Assembly (NCBI RefSeq): GCF_006345805.1
Contig: NC_042997.1
Location: forward strand, 33,666,001 to 33,730,000
Reading direction: 5' to 3'
Length of the DNA: 64,000 nucleotides
From: Octopus sinensis
Lineage: Eukaryota
How positions within the stretch are numbered: position 1 is the first letter of the stretch; every line of letters starts with the position of its first letter. Position numbers and translations under genes: made by a program. The notes below the pieces were generated by a model, which saw nothing but the letters and a program-made list of their open reading frames with translations, was not told the origin of the DNA and made no database searches. This document shows positions 49,900-63,575 of the stretch, one piece after another.

Positions 49900-50180
49900 C
49901 CAATTTTGAATTTTACATTGGTTTACTACTTGGATTATTTTGAATGTAGATGACCTTTACTCTTTTGTATTGACCTCGTGTGTACTGTTGGCGATTTTTT
50001 TTCCTCTGTCTTCCCTTCTCTGGATCTTTCCTTCTCCTATGTTTCTGACGAAGAGCTCTGCTCGAAACGTTAAACCCTCCTTCTTCCCTTCTTTCCTGAG
50101 CATCCAATAATACTATATTTGTTCCACGTCCTCGCGTTGTTGTGTTTTTTTGTGTTTTCTTGTTTGGATTAACTTTATAT
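49900..50180 (+). mobile_element. Penelope-like element terminal (pLTR-type) fragment
   Basis: Pyrimidine-rich tract containing a minimal hammerhead and ending in (TA)n. Confidence 0.6.
50041..50075 (+). ncRNA. Minimal hammerhead ribozyme motif
   Basis: GTTT-CTGACGA-A-GAGC(TCT)GCTC-GAAA-CG-T-T-AAAC; palindromic helix III (A)ACGT(T). Confidence 0.75.
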
Positions 50181-50699
50181 ATATATATATATATATATCT
50201 ATATCCATTTGCGTATCATATTTAATGCAAATACATTGTGAAAAGGCAAATTGTCTGGAGATAATGTCTCTTACAGTTATACTATGTTTAAAAACATAAA
50301 TAATATATCAGTAGAGGATGAAAATTGTCCTGTAGTAGCAGTGTGTATACTAGATGTGCATTTCTGCCTCATTAGGCTTTGTCAGTTGCATGTACTCATT
50401 GCTAGCTTCATGGTAAGATTAAATCCATTGCCACTGATGGAGGAAAACAGTAATTGACAAATCAGTGGTGTTGCAATTAATTGCTTGGTTGAATATATAT
50501 ATATATATCCTAATTTAATAGCTGACTTACTGCTCCAGTGATATGTAGTGAAGTTTTTCCATTAATTCTTTCATAGTTTGAAATGTTTTAACTGAGGAAG
50601 ATTTACGTTAATGGATGTATCCTTATTATATGTTATGCAAACCTGAAATGTATGTATTAAATGATTGCAAAATATTACTGATGGGTTTGACTTCATCCG

Positions 50700-51172
50700 A
50701 AATCAAATTTGATGACTGGCATCTGTGCTAGTGGAGCGCTAAGAATACCATACAAGTGTGATCGTTGCCAGAGGAACAAACTGGCCTCCATGCCGGTGGT
50801 ACGTAAAAAAGCACCATTCGAGGGTGATCGTTACCCATGTTGCCTTACTGGTACTTGTACTGGTGGCACATGAACAAAACATTCAAGCGAGGTCGTTGCT
50901 TGTGCCGCTGAACTGGCTCCTGTGCAGGAGGCACATAAAAAGCACCATTTGAGTGTGGCCGTTGCCAGTACCACCTGACTGGCCCTTGTTCTGGTGGCAC
51001 ATAAAAGCACCCACTACACTCTCAGAGTGGTTGGCATTAAGAAGGGCATCCAGCTGTAGAAACTCTGCCAGATCAGATTGGAGTCTGGTGCAGCCATCTG
51101 GTTCATCAGATATCAGTGAAATCCTCCAACCCATGCTAGCATGGAAAGCGGACATTAAACAATGATGATGAT
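50700..51172 (+). mobile_element. Family C (RTE 3' UTR)
   Basis: Body plus GATGATG tail. Confidence 0.8.
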
Positions 51173-53072
51173 ATATAGATATAATGGTATTTATATAAGC
51201 TTGAAGCTTATAGCGATCACTGTGCAATGACTAAGGAAAATAGTCTAATAATGGGGCATATAAGCCTTTGACAGAAAAAAGTATGCTTTTGAACCCACAT
51301 CCCTTTGTTAACGTGACTAAGTGTGTTACCATTACACCAGCGAATTAGCCTCCTTATTTCTGTCAAATTTAAGAACTATATTAGTCTGTAGTTTTTTGTA
51401 AACAAACTTCTACGTGCTTTTGGTGCGAATGGTTTTGTTATACAATACTGAAATATATCATTCAACCACAGTAGTAGAATATATTCTTAAGTCCATCATT
51501 TAGTCAATTGCAGCAGCTTCCAAGCTTCACCACTAATTCACTTCTCAACTAAATTGCAAACTGTTAACAGTTTTAAAGAGGGCACCTCCTCAGCTACACT
51601 TTGGCATAAATAGTTTGAGATTTGGTTCCGTAGACAAAAATTTACATCAAAATATCTGCGACCTCAAGGGGAAAAATAAGGCAGATATTCACCTTCAAGT
51701 AACGTAAACTTTTTGATTTTAAAATAAAAGTATACTTTTCTTAGGCTTAAATGATAGAAAAATGTATGAGGAATTCTGAGTCTTTAGTCGTATTGAACAA
51801 AAATTAGTAGAAGAATAGTTATGGAGTGAAATGCCATGGAATTTCATGTCATTAAGTAAGAGAGTATGGAAGTAATGCTTAGCAATAAGAATAAAGAATA
51901 TATTGCTAAAATGAATGTTTACATTCTAAGGTGGTGAGCTGGCAGAAACATTAGCACGCCAGGTGAAGTGCTTAGCGGTATTTCACCTGTGTTTACATAT
52001 TGAGTTCAAATTCCACTGAGGTTGACTTTGCTTTTTATCCATTTTGGATCTATTCAATTTGACGTACAGATTATTTTATTAATTTTTTTTAACTTAACAC
52101 TTTCAAACTTCCAATACTGGTGCAATGTGTCACGTACAACAGGGTTTACTCTGAACGTTTTTGACAAAATTTTGTATTTTAAAAGTTATTTTGTCACAAG
52201 TTACAGAGTGACAGTGGACAAATTCGTGTTTGATAAGTGCCAATACATGAAACTCTCAGCTTTTGACTTACTCTCTAACCTCTGCCGATGATATATATAT
52301 GCATATTATACATATATGTGTAAAAAGATCTCACCATGCAATCAAACCAATGAAAAAGTCTCTATCTGGTTGCTCAACACACTAAAAATAGCAGCCAATG
52401 TATCCCCCTACCCAGTATTTTATAAGGTAAAATACTAAATTATTAATTGACACATTATTAATTATCTTGTAACAGCAATGCTTGGAAAAATCATGGATTA
52501 CATGGAAAAGTGCAAGCATGAAAAGTAATATTCTTAAGATTATAAACCTGGAAAAGTACAGGACAAGTTATTACATCTGTAAAAGTATAGGACAAACTAT
52601 TACTTCAAGTAAAGTAAAGAATAAGACAATGGAACCCAGTGCAGCTCCCTGATTTGTCAACTCCTCAAATCATCCGACCCATGCCAGCATGGAAGACGGA
52701 CATAAAATGATGATGATGATATGATATGCTTCTGTACAGTCTCCGTCTACCGATTTCACTCAGAAGGCAGTGATCAGCTCAGTGTTATGATACTTGCCCA
52801 ATGTGCCATGCAGTGGGATTGAACCTGAAATCATGTGTTTGTGAAGTGAACTTCTTAAATACACAGCTATACCGGTGTTCATTGTGAGAATTAGTTTCAC
52901 AATTTCCAAAGAACATTGGGCTATTGCATTCACATACACTAAATCATTTTGCAGTCCACTCACCTGGCAAAAATGAGTAGTACCTGTATTTCGAAGGGCC
53001 AGCCTTGTCACATTCTATGTGTTACGCTGAATCTCCCTGAGAACTACATTAAGGGTATGTGTGTCTGAGGAA

Positions 53073-53491
53073 AAAGCGGCAAGCTGGCAGAATTGGTAGC
53101 ATGCCGGGCGAAATGCTTAGCGGTATTTCATCTGCCGTTACGTTCTGAGTTCAAATTCCGCCGAAGTCGATTTTGCCTTTCATCCTTTCGGGGTCGATAA
53201 ATTAAGTACCAGTTACATACTGGGGTCGATATAATCGACTTAATCCATTTGTCTGTCCTTGTTTGTCCCCTCTGTGTTTAACCCCTAGTGGGTAGTAAAG
53301 AAATGGGTATTTCATCTGCCGTTACGTTCTGAGTTCAAATTCCGCCGAAGTCGATTTTGCCTTTCATCCTTTCGGGGTCGATAAATTAAGTACCAGTTAT
53401 GCACTGGGGTCGATGTAATTGACTTAATCCGTTTGTCTATCCTTGTTTGTCCCCTCTGTGTTTAGCCCCTTGTGGGTAGTAAAAGAAATAG
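53073..53491 (+). mobile_element. SINE B head plus two tandem body units, inserted in a family D SINE
   Basis: Junction GAAATGGGTATTTC at 53300-53313; family D sequence resumes after 53491. Confidence 0.85.
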
Positions 53492-54959
53492 GTGTGTGTG
53501 TCTGTGGAGCGTTCAGCCACTTGCATGTTAATTTCACAGGCAGACTGTTCCGTTGATTGGATTAACTGGAACCCTCTTCGTCGTAAGTGATGGTTTGCCA
53601 AGAAAAGACTCCCATCCTAAAAGACACTAAATCATTTAGTATATGTGAGTGCAAGACACCCCACTTCCACCCTGCACTCACTTCTGTTTTATGTTCTGTT
53701 ATCCCCTGTGTCTGCAGGGTATTAAGAAAAACATGCACCGTTGAAGCAGAATCACTGCAGCCATTGAAAACACACACAAATATTTATATACTTGCATTCA
53801 CTTTCACTTTCTCTTTGACATACACTCACACAATACACACTAATGGCTTCTGTAATTAACTCTGACTTAATCTTTAATTAATTGTTTAATCAAATGAATG
53901 TTCTGTTAAATAGTTTAGATGTTTGGTAAGGTATTTAATCTGCAATCGCATGTTGGAACTGAAACAATATTATCATTGCCTTACCGTGATTGTCATTAAA
54001 CATTGCGCATATATTCTTGTATTCGTTGTTTTATTTTGTAATAGTATCTACAATATTATTCTGCTGTAGTCTACATGTATAAATCTTAGCTATGGAACGT
54101 AATTGAAGACAATCTTTTAAACACACAACATTTATTCTTTTTACAAGACAATTGACTGATAAACTATGGAACAAATCAAAGACATAATCTATTATCGATA
54201 CACTTAGTTGTAAGACAATTGATAATCTTCCTTAGATAGTTTTTCTGTTTGTTTCAAATTTTTGTTTGTTTCCACTAGATTTATCATAAACTGTATTTTA
54301 TTGTTTTATTCTATAGTAATTCCATTCAGTTTAAATTTTGTTCATGAATAAAGAAATCTTTCTTCACGTTCTTGAAATGAAGGAAGAAGTTTCGGCTGCA
54401 ATTGACTGTTCTGCTAAAAGAAAAAGTTAGACTTATTGCCATAAGCTAGTTTAAATTAAAATACTGGAAAGATAGAATAAAAAAGAAAAGAAACTGTAAA
54501 CAAGAAGAAAAATGGATTGTGTGCAAAAATATCTTTAGAAATTTCATTTGGAATTTGTTGAAATGTAAAATAGTCGAGGCTATAGTTTTTTTTTCTCTAT
54601 AGCCTGAGAGTGAAGTTCAGACAGTTGTAATGACCCTGAGATGCTTGCCAGTTCTAGAAATACCATCATCATCATTATCTTCATCATAATCATCATCATC
54701 ATGTATTTATCTTACATTCAATTTTCTGTACTGGCATAGGTTGGATGCTTCTGCAATTTAGCAACATATTGCTTATCTTTAGTTTCACTATCTTCTCATT
54801 ATTTATAGCATCTGTGTAGGCTGTGTTAGTTTTGTTCACACAATTAGAAACCAATGTGGCTGTAGGTACAGGCATGGCTATGTGGTTAAGAAGCTTGCTT
54901 CCTGACCATGTAGTCTCAGGTTCAGTCCCACCTCAAGGCATCTTGGGCAATTGTTTTCA

Positions 54960-55138
54960 AATTAAGTGAGAGAAAAAGTGGTGAAAGAGTACAGCAGGGA
55001 TCACCACCCCCTGCTGGAGCTTCGTGGAACTTTTAGGTGTTTTCGCTCAATAAACACTCACAACACCCGGTCTGGGAATCGAAACCGTGATTGTACGACC
55101 GCGAGTCCGCTGCCCTAACCACTAGGCCATTGCGCCTC

Positions 55139-55140
<2 letters not shown>
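54960..55140 (-). mobile_element. tRNA-derived SINE, further family
   Basis: GGAGGCGCAATGGCCTAGTGGTTAGG...GGTTTCGATTCCC. Confidence 0.7.
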
Positions 55141-55180
<40 letters not shown>

Positions 55181-55600
55181 TATGTGTACCCATGTCATAA
55201 CTTTATGTGAGGGTTGTTAACAAGCCTCACCATGTTCATTTTCAGTCTTCCATGAAAAATATGTTGCTATGGAGAAATATTATATTACTTGGAAAAAAAT
55301 GAGGTTTGGAGACAAAAAGGGCATTCTATCATAGAAAAATCTGCCTCAATAAATTATGTCTGATTCATACAAATATGGAAAAGTAGATGTTAAATGACGA
55401 TGATGGTAAATTAGGGATGCTTTCACTTATTCTACTTTGCTTAGGATGAGGTTACAAGACTCTCCCATACTTAGTAATGATTGTGTAAGTGCAATCATTG
55501 AACTGCACTTGGTGTTGACCTCCAGTTTAGAAGTTCAGGAGATTTGGAGAGTATAAAGTTCTTTTTTAGTCACCACTACATCCAGGTCTACTCTGACCCT

Positions 55601-56679
55601 AAAGCGTTCGATTCTGTAGATAGGTACAAGATGTTTGAAATCCTTAAGCTCTATGGGATACCAGACAAAATCATTTCTGCCATCAAGGTCCTCTACACAG
55701 ATATGTCTTCAACCATCTTAACCCCTGATGGAGAAACATCATCTTTCTCAATCAAAGCCGGAATACTGCAGGGAGACACACTCGCCCCATTTCTTTTCAT
55801 CATTGTTGTTGATTATGTGCTACGTATGTCAGTTGATACCATCTCTGGCAAGGGCTTTGAAATAAAACCAAGAAGAAGTTCCAGACACCCAGCTGAGTAC
55901 TTGACAGACACTGACTTTGCTGATGACATCGCTCTTATCAGTGATTCTCTCTCCAATGCCCAGTCTCTTTTACAATCTCTTGAACAAGCCTCAAATTGTG
56001 TAGGTCTTTACCTCAATGAGACTAAAACTGAATACATAAACAAGTGCCTGTCCAACAGTGATTGCATCATCCACACTCTCAACAGTGCACCTTTAAATAT
56101 GGTTTCTGATTATAAATATCTTGGGTCATACATATCATCATCTGGAAAAGACTTTCTAACTAGAAAGGGTATGGCCTGGTCAGCCTGTAATGACATGCAT
56201 AAGATCTGGTCATCAAATCTAAGTAGAGACTTCAAACTTGAAATTTTCAAAGCCACAGTCGAACCAATTCTACTATATGGCTCAGAAACCTGGACATTAT
56301 CAAAGAAGCTTGAGAGGCAGTTGGATGGAACCTACACTCGCCTCCTTATGAGAGCTCAAAATCTCTCGTGGAAGCGCCATCCAACCAAAATGCAAATATA
56401 TGGGAAACTACCACCTGTGTCATCTCTTGTGAAAGGTAAGAGAGTCCAGTTTGCTGGACATTGTTGTAGAGCTGAAAAAGAAGTAATTTCTACTCTTCTC
56501 CTCTGGAAGCCATCTACTCGCAATACCAGAGGGCGCACACTCTCCTACCCTGATGTAATCTCCAGGGATACAGGCATCCAGCAACAGGACCTCTGTAATG
56601 CTATGATGGACCGTGAAGTCTGGTGTAACATAGTAAATTCCATTGTCTTGACCACGGTCGAACAATGATGATGATGATG
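55601..56679 (+). mobile_element. 5'-truncated RTE-X-like LINE, uninterrupted RT to C-terminus, (GAT)n tail
   Basis: KAFDSV, QGDTLAPFLF, DFADD, YKYLGS, LLYGSETW; about 355 codons without stop. Confidence 0.92.
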
Positions 56680-56872
56680 AGTAGTACCTGTCAAAGGTCC
56701 TAGTCATGGGTCAAATCATGAAATATGGTCCTGTGGCTGAGGCATTCAGGACTTGGGAAAGGCTAGTCCTTAGATATGTAGGCCCAACAGTGTGTGGACA
56801 TAACCTTGATATCATGTAAACCAGTCCTCCTGCCTATAGGTGAAGTAGACCTTGTGCTTGAAGATTAAGCTT

Positions 56873-57269
56873 GGCGCAGGAGTAGCTGTGTGGTAAGTAG
56901 CTTGCTAACCAACCACATGATTCCGGGTTCAGTCCCACTGCATGGCACCTTGGGCAAGTGTCTTCTGCTATAGCCCCGGGCCGACCAATGCCTTGTGAGT
57001 GGATTTGGTAGACGGAAACTGAAAGAAGCCCGTCGTATATATGTATATATATGTGTGTGTATGTGTTTGTGTGTCTGTGTTTGTTCCCCTAGCATTGCTT
57101 GACAACTGATGCTGGTGTGTTTACATCCCCGTCACTTAGCGGTTCGGCAAAAGAGACCAATAGAATAAGTACTGGGCTTACAAAGAATAAGTCCCGGGGT
57201 TGATTTGTTCGACTAAAGGCGGTGCTCCAGCATGGCCGCAGTCAATTGACTGAAACTAGAAAAAGAGAG

Positions 57270-57270
<1 letters not shown>
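56873..57270 (+). mobile_element. SINE family A
   Basis: Full length, followed by (GA)n. Confidence 0.9.
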
Positions 57271-57309
<39 letters not shown>

Positions 57310-57439
57310 ATGTTTTGCTTGTATCTCATATCATCAGTTAGTAATATATGTTGTGAGTGGTGCATTCTTCATCAGGAATGGTCTTTTGCTGTTGATACAA
57401 TCTGATGAGAATAAAGTTCATATGGTTTGTGTGTTGCAA

Positions 57440-58030
57440 AATATTTGATCATTCATATCACAGAATTACAGGAGCTTTGATCCCTCCTCATTTCTCATAC
57501 CATAACCGTTGCTTCCATGCATATCACAGAAGGCTTCATGGAGTTTTTCAACTTTCCTATTAAAATTGCCAGCCACAGTAACGAGGGTGTTAACAAATGT
57601 TGTTGAGGTAGTGTCCAGAAGGGCCTCATAAAAGCAGTACTTCTTAGCATCTGCCTGCTTTGACAATGATGCATATCAGAGATAAATCTTACTGTTCATT
57701 TGTTTCTAACTGGCTTAAACTTAATTATTTTATTGCAAATTCTGACTGCTTCAATTATCTTATCCATCTATTTCCCTGTTAAAAATAATACCTATTACAC
57801 TCACACTACTCATGCTATCAATTACAAACCTAGAAGAATTTGTGCCATTAATTTTTAGCTTGTGAGGGGTTTGGCTGAAGCTCCCTTCTCTTTTAACCCT
57901 TCCATGCTGCACACATCCACACATCTCGGCTCTAGCGTTTCTACAATCTCTCCAGACTTATATTCCACTGTGCTGACATTAGTGGTAGCTGCCCTAAATA
58001 TTCTGTTTAAGAGGAAGAGGGGCATTTCTG
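57440..58030 (-). mobile_element. RTE apurinic-endonuclease remnants
   Basis: SGEIVETLE..VDVC and VAGNFN...GYGMRNEEGSKLL. Confidence 0.75.
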
Positions 58031-58047
58031 TTGGACTTTTACAGTTG

Positions 58048-59112
58048 GTTACTCTTTTGTTTCAGTCATTTGACTGTGGCCATGCTGGAGCACCGCCTTT
58101 CGTCGAGCAAATCGACCCCAGGACTTATTCTTTGTAATCCTAGTACTTATTCTATCGGTCTCTTTTGCCGAACCGCTAAGTCACGGGGACATAATCACAC
58201 CACCATCGGTTGTCAAGCGATGTTGGGGGACAAACACAAACACATAAACACACAACGGGCTTTCAGTTTCCATCTACCAAATCCACTCACAAGGCTTTGG
58301 TCGGCCCGAGGCTACCCAAGGTGCTACGCAGTGGGAATGAACCCGGAACCATGTGGTTTGTAAGCAAGCTACTTACCACACAGCCACACCTGCACCTCTG
58401 TATTTTAAACTCTGATTTTTGAAAATATTCCGAAAAGAGACCAAGCAAATCAACCCCAGGACTTATTCTTTGTAATCCTAGTACTTATTCTATCGGTCTC
58501 TTTTGCCGAACCGCTAAGTCACGGGGACATAATCACACCACCATCGGTTGTCAAGCGATGTTGGGGGACAAACACAAACACATAAACACACAACGGGCTT
58601 TCAGTTTCCATCTACCAAATCCACTCACAAGGCTTTGGTCGGCCCGAGGCTACCCAAGGTGCTACGCAGTGGGAATGAACCCGGAACCATGTGGTTTGTA
58701 AGCAAGCTACTTACCACACAGCCACACCTGCACCTCTGTATTTTAAACTCTGATTTTTGAAAATATTCCGAAAAGAGACCAAGCAAATCAACCCCAGGAC
58801 TTATTCTTTGTAAGCCTTGTACTTATTCTGTCGGTCTCTTTTGCTGAACCGCTAAGTCACGGGAACGTAATCACACCAGCATTGGTTGTCAAACGATGTT
58901 GGGTGGGGGGACAAACACAGACAAACACACATACATTTATATATACACATACATATATACGACGGGCTTCTATCAGTTTCTATCTACCAAATCCACTCAA
59001 GGCTTTGGTTGGCCTGAGGCTATAGTAGAAGACACTTGCCCAAGGTGCCACACAGAGGGACTGAACCGGAACCATGTGATTAGTAAGTAAGCTACTTACC
59101 ACACAGCCACTC
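58048..59112 (-). repeat. SINE A cluster with a near-perfect 338-bp tandem duplication
   Basis: Units start at about 58107, 58445 and 58783; identical ORFs offset by 338 nt. Confidence 0.9.
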
Positions 59113-59165
59113 CTGCGCCTACTGCTTAACTTCTGCACCTGTAACTAATAAGAATGTGTGTATGT

Positions 59166-59204
<39 letters not shown>

Positions 59205-59749
59205 CAATAATAATTATTGTCAGTATCATTGCTTTTATCTTCATTTATCCATATCGACAAGTTTTGGATGAGATCTTTTGAGGTGGTGCTTTACAGATGC
59301 TCTTCCTGACACCAACCTCTCTAATAAAAAAACCCGTTGTCAAAGTAACTTAATAAGCAGTGGAGGTTGGCATTCTGAAAAGATAGTCGTCATAGTAAGA
59401 ATAGGGTGGTAAAATTTAGAAGGAACTGCTACTTCTGTCTGTAACAAAGGGAATCTTTTTTTTTTGTCTTTTTTTGAGCAAAGAGCAAATTGCTTAGGAA
59501 GTGCAATGTTGCATAGTATTGGAAACATGGGCATTAAATGTGGGAAAGAAAGCAAGCAAAAATAGTCTACTGATGCGTAATGTCGGTGCGCATGAATGAT
59601 AGCACAAATGAGGTGAGAGGAAAATTGGGTATAAGAGGAATCAACTGCAATGTGCAGGAGAGAAGATTACACTGGTACAAACATAATGCAAATGGAAAGA
59701 ACCTGCGCTAAAGACTATTAATTAGTGAGGCATCATGTTGAAGACCTGG

Positions 59750-59789
<40 letters not shown>

Positions 59790-59791
<2 letters not shown>

Positions 59792-60750
59792 TTCGTCTGC
59801 AGCTGCGTTCTGAGTTCAAATTCCGCCGAGGTCGACTTTGCTTTTCATCCTTTCGAGGTCGATAAATTAAGTACCAGTTACGCACTGGGGTCGATGTAAT
59901 CGACTTAATTCGTTTGTTTGTCCCCTCTATGTTTAGCCCTTTGTGGGTAATAAAGAAATATATATATATATATATATATGTATATTATTCTTGTTGTTTC
60001 AGTCATTTGACTGGTCATGCTGTAGCATCACCTTGAAGAGTTTTTTAGTCAAATAAATCAACCCTAGGACCTATTTCTTAAGCCTAGTACTTACTCTATT
60101 GGTCGCTTCTGCCAAACTGCTAAGTTATGGGGACATAAACACACTAACTCTGGTTGTCAAGCAGTAATGGGGTGGAGGACAAACACACACGCACACACAC
60201 ACACACACAGGGCATCCAGCTGTAGAAACATTGCCAGATCAGACTGGAGCCTGGTGCAGCCTCCTGGCTTCCCAGACCCCGGTCGAACCATCCAACCCAT
60301 GCTAGCATGGAAAACGGATGTTAAACGATGATGATGATGATATATATCTTAACTGATATATATTTCGTGTGTCGTTACATTCCTAGTTCAAATTCCGCTG
60401 AGGTCGACTTTGCCTTTCATCCTTTCGGGGTCGATAAATTGAGTACCAGTTACGCACTGGGGTCCGTGTAATCAACTTAATCCCTTTGTCTGTCCTTGTT
60501 TGTCCCCTCTGTGTTTAGCCCCTTGTGGGTAGTAAAGAAATAGATATATATCTTAACTGATATATATTTCATCTGCCGTTATGTTCTGAGTTCAAATTCC
60601 GTTGAGGTCGACTTTGCCCTTCATTCTTTCGGGGTCGATTAATTAAGTACCAGTTACGCACTGGGGTCGATGTAATCAACTTAATCACTTTGTCTGTCCT
60701 TGTTTGTCCCCTCTGTGTTTAGCCCTTTGTGGGTAGTAAAGAAATAGGTA
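59790..60750. mobile_element. Cluster: SINE B, truncated SINE A, short family C, two tandem SINE B bodies
   Basis: Family matches; spacer ATATATCTTAACTG occurs three times (about 60340, 60545, 60750). Confidence 0.8.
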
Positions 60751-61416
60751 TATATCTTAACTGCAAAATCAAATTCTACTTTTGAGTAACCTGAATAGAG
60801 GTCACTGGCTTGTGCATTGCACATATTTTATTCATGATGTTATAAGATACAACAAATGTTTAGAGTAAAAAGATTGCATTTCATTAAATACAAAGACTTG
60901 TTTAACCAAATGCTTTGCTTGGGGCTGCCATAAGTAAAGTCTGCAACAAACACAGTTTAACTCCTCTAGGATTGTCATTGCTTCAGATGACTAATTGCTT
61001 TTCTCTGCAAAATTTGTCCACATTTCTGTGATGTAACTTTGGATTGCTTCTCCAGAAATATGTGTAATATTAGTTTGAGTTGCCATTTGAAGATGTTTTT
61101 TTTTGTTTTCATAAACACTGTCTGTCTGTTGGTGTTGTGCTGTTTAACCCTAGGCCAGCTCTGACTGAACAGACCTATGAATACAGGTGTTTGGTTCGCA
61201 ATCATCCAGCTTTTGTTTAAAAAATAATGTATAGCATTAGGGAAAGAATTTTTGGCATTAGTAAGGGTATCCTTAGCATTGGGGAGGGTATCCAGACATA
61301 GAAACCATGCCAAAGCAGGCACTGGAACTTAACACGGTTCTCTGACCTGTTAAGTCCTGTCAAACAGTCTAACTCATGCCAGCATGAAACATGAATGCTA
61401 AATAATGATGATGATG

Positions 61417-61966
61417 ATCATCATCGTTTGACATCTGTTTTCCATGCTAGCATGGGTTAGATGGTTTGACTGGGGTCTGGGAAGCCAGGAGGCTGCACCA
61501 GGCTCCAGTCTATTCTGGCAGTGTTTCTACAGCTGGATGCCCTTCCTAATGCCAATCACTCCGTGAGTGTAGTGGGTGCTTTTTACATGCCAGGGGAGGC
61601 TGGCAATGGCCATGATCGGTTGGTGCTTTTTACGTGCCACCAGCACGGAAGCCAGTCAAGGCAGCGCTGGCATCGGCCACGTTCGGATGGTGCTTTTTAC
61701 GTGCCACCAGAACAGGTTTCACAACTACAATTTCCATTTGATTTTTTGATGTTGATGTACTTGACTCAATAAGTTTCCTCAATCACAACAGGTCGCCCTA
61801 CGATCCAAGGTAAGCACAACAGGCCATCCTGCGATCCAAGGTACTTTGGATGGGCTGGGGCTGGTTATGTGAAGCTGGTGCAGGAAATAGCCATGAACTC
61901 ATGTTATTTGTCGGGTCTTCGCAGTCACAGCATATCTCCAGAGGTCTCGGTCTTTCGTCATTGCCT
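61417..61966 (-). mobile_element. RTE 3' end (..MTKDRDLWRYAV..) plus 3' UTR and family C body
   Basis: Coding tail continuous with the C sequence and (GAT)n. Confidence 0.8.
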
Positions 61967-62291
61967 GATAATGTATCCTGAATAGATTATATTATCTGGG
62001 ATATGCATCTCGCTCTTCTTAAGATAGTATGATGTGATTTGAATGAGATTTGGCGGTTTTTTTCATCTCATTCTGTTGCATTTTGAGCAATTGTAGTTGC
62101 ATGTTGATCAGTGGCTTATGTGGGGTTTGAACAGGTTTCCTCTTTTAAGTTGGGAACCTAGATGTCTTTTGGTTGCAAAAGGCACCAATAAATACTTTGT
62201 CTTCTGAAAAGGTATTATAAGCAAGTGAGTGTCTTGAAATGTATGCTTGTTATGGCTATGTCAACAAGAGGAAGTAAGTTCATCAGTTTAA

Positions 62292-62495
62292 CTCTTTAGC
62301 ATTCAAACTGGCCATACAAAGCCAAAATATTTACCCTGGTCATATCTAGTCTCTCATCCCAACCCTACAATGTCATTCTAAAACTAAACAATGACACCAT
62401 CTAAATCTCTAAACTACAACACAATGCATGATTAATTCAAAACAATATAAATAAGTAAAAATGACATTTGGCAGAATAATTTGAATACTAAAGGG
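62292..62495. mobile_element. piggyBac-like MITE, uninterrupted
   Basis: TTAA|CTCTTTAGC...CTAAAGGG|TTAA. Confidence 0.75.
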
Positions 62496-62502
62496 TTAAT
62501 CA

Positions 62503-63030
62503 TTGTCATCATCATCATCATCATCATAATTTAATGTCCATTTTCCATGCTAGCATGGGTTGGACGATTTGACTGAGGACTGGCGAGCCAGATGGCTGCG
62601 CCAGGCTCTAATCTGATCTGGCAGAATTTCTACAGCTGGATGCCCTTCCTAATGCCAACCACTCCGAGAGTGTAGTGGGTGCTCTTAAAGTGCCACCGGC
62701 ACGAGGTCCAGTCAGGCGGTACTAGCAATGGCCACGCTCGAAAATGGTGTTTTTTATGTGCCACCTGCACAGGAGTCAGTCCAGTGGCACTGGCAATGAC
62801 CTTGCTCGAATGTTTTGTTCACGTGCCACCGGCACAAGTGCCAGTGAGGTGACGCTGACAACGATCACACTCAAATGGTGCTCTTTACGTGCCAGATAGC
62901 TGCTCTGGCAGTGAACCCACTTGGATGGAGCTGTTAGTGCTCCAATGGCACAGGTGCCAGTCATCGAATTTGGTTCAATTTCGATTTCACTTGCCCCAAC
63001 AGGTCTTCGCAAGCACAGTTTAGTGTCCAG
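62503..63030 (-). mobile_element. Family C (RTE 3' UTR), long copy
   Basis: Reverse complement from GCGAAGACCTGTTGGGGCAAG to (GAT)n. Confidence 0.85.
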
Positions 63031-63180
63031 TGAAGGGAGGTTGGCTGGGTTGGTTGAAACTTACAATGTTGTGGGTTGTTAAGGTTATTTCTACAGATTT
63101 TCTATAGAAATTATAACCAGCCATGAATTTTGTTATGACATTTCATATCTGAGACTCTTGATGTAAATAACAATGAAAAA

Positions 63181-63331
63181 GTAGCTTGCTTACCAACCAC
63201 ATGGTTCTGGGTTCAGTCCCAGTGCGTGGCACCTTCGACAAGTGTCTTCTACTATAGCCTCGAGCCGACCAAAGCCCTGTGAGTGGATTTGGTAGACGGA
63301 AACTGATAGAAGCCTGTTGTATATATGTATG

Positions 63332-63364
<33 letters not shown>

Positions 63365-63575
63365 ATATGTTTGTGTGTCTGTTTGTCCCCCCCAGCATCG
63401 CTTGACAACCGATGCTGGTGTGTTTACATCCCTGTAACTTAGTGGTTCGGCAAAAGAGACTGATAGAATAAGTACTAGGCTTACAAGGAATAAGTCCTGA
63501 GGTCGATTTGCTCGACTAAAGGTGGTGCTCCAGCATGGCTGCAGTCAAATGACTGAAACAAGTAAAAGAGTAAAG
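63181..63575 (+). mobile_element. SINE family A lacking the first head bases
   Basis: Body and tail match; sits between inverted arms 63076-63138 and 63605-63665. Confidence 0.88.

Noticed and set aside
50560-50626. Second GTATCCTT (U12-donor-like) after a 40-nt AG-bounded segment
   Set aside because: All three frames contain stops, +9 is A, and no partner branch point could be linked
51265-51345. tRNA-like sequence on the minus strand
   Set aside because: A and B boxes are recognisable but acceptor and T stems do not pair; a SINE-head or pseudogene remnant at most
55446-55557. AG-preceded frame MRLQDSP...LHLVLTSSLEVQEIW* as LAGE3 last exon
   Set aside because: Lacks the R-V-S-V-N-S-F-L-D pattern and terminal FG
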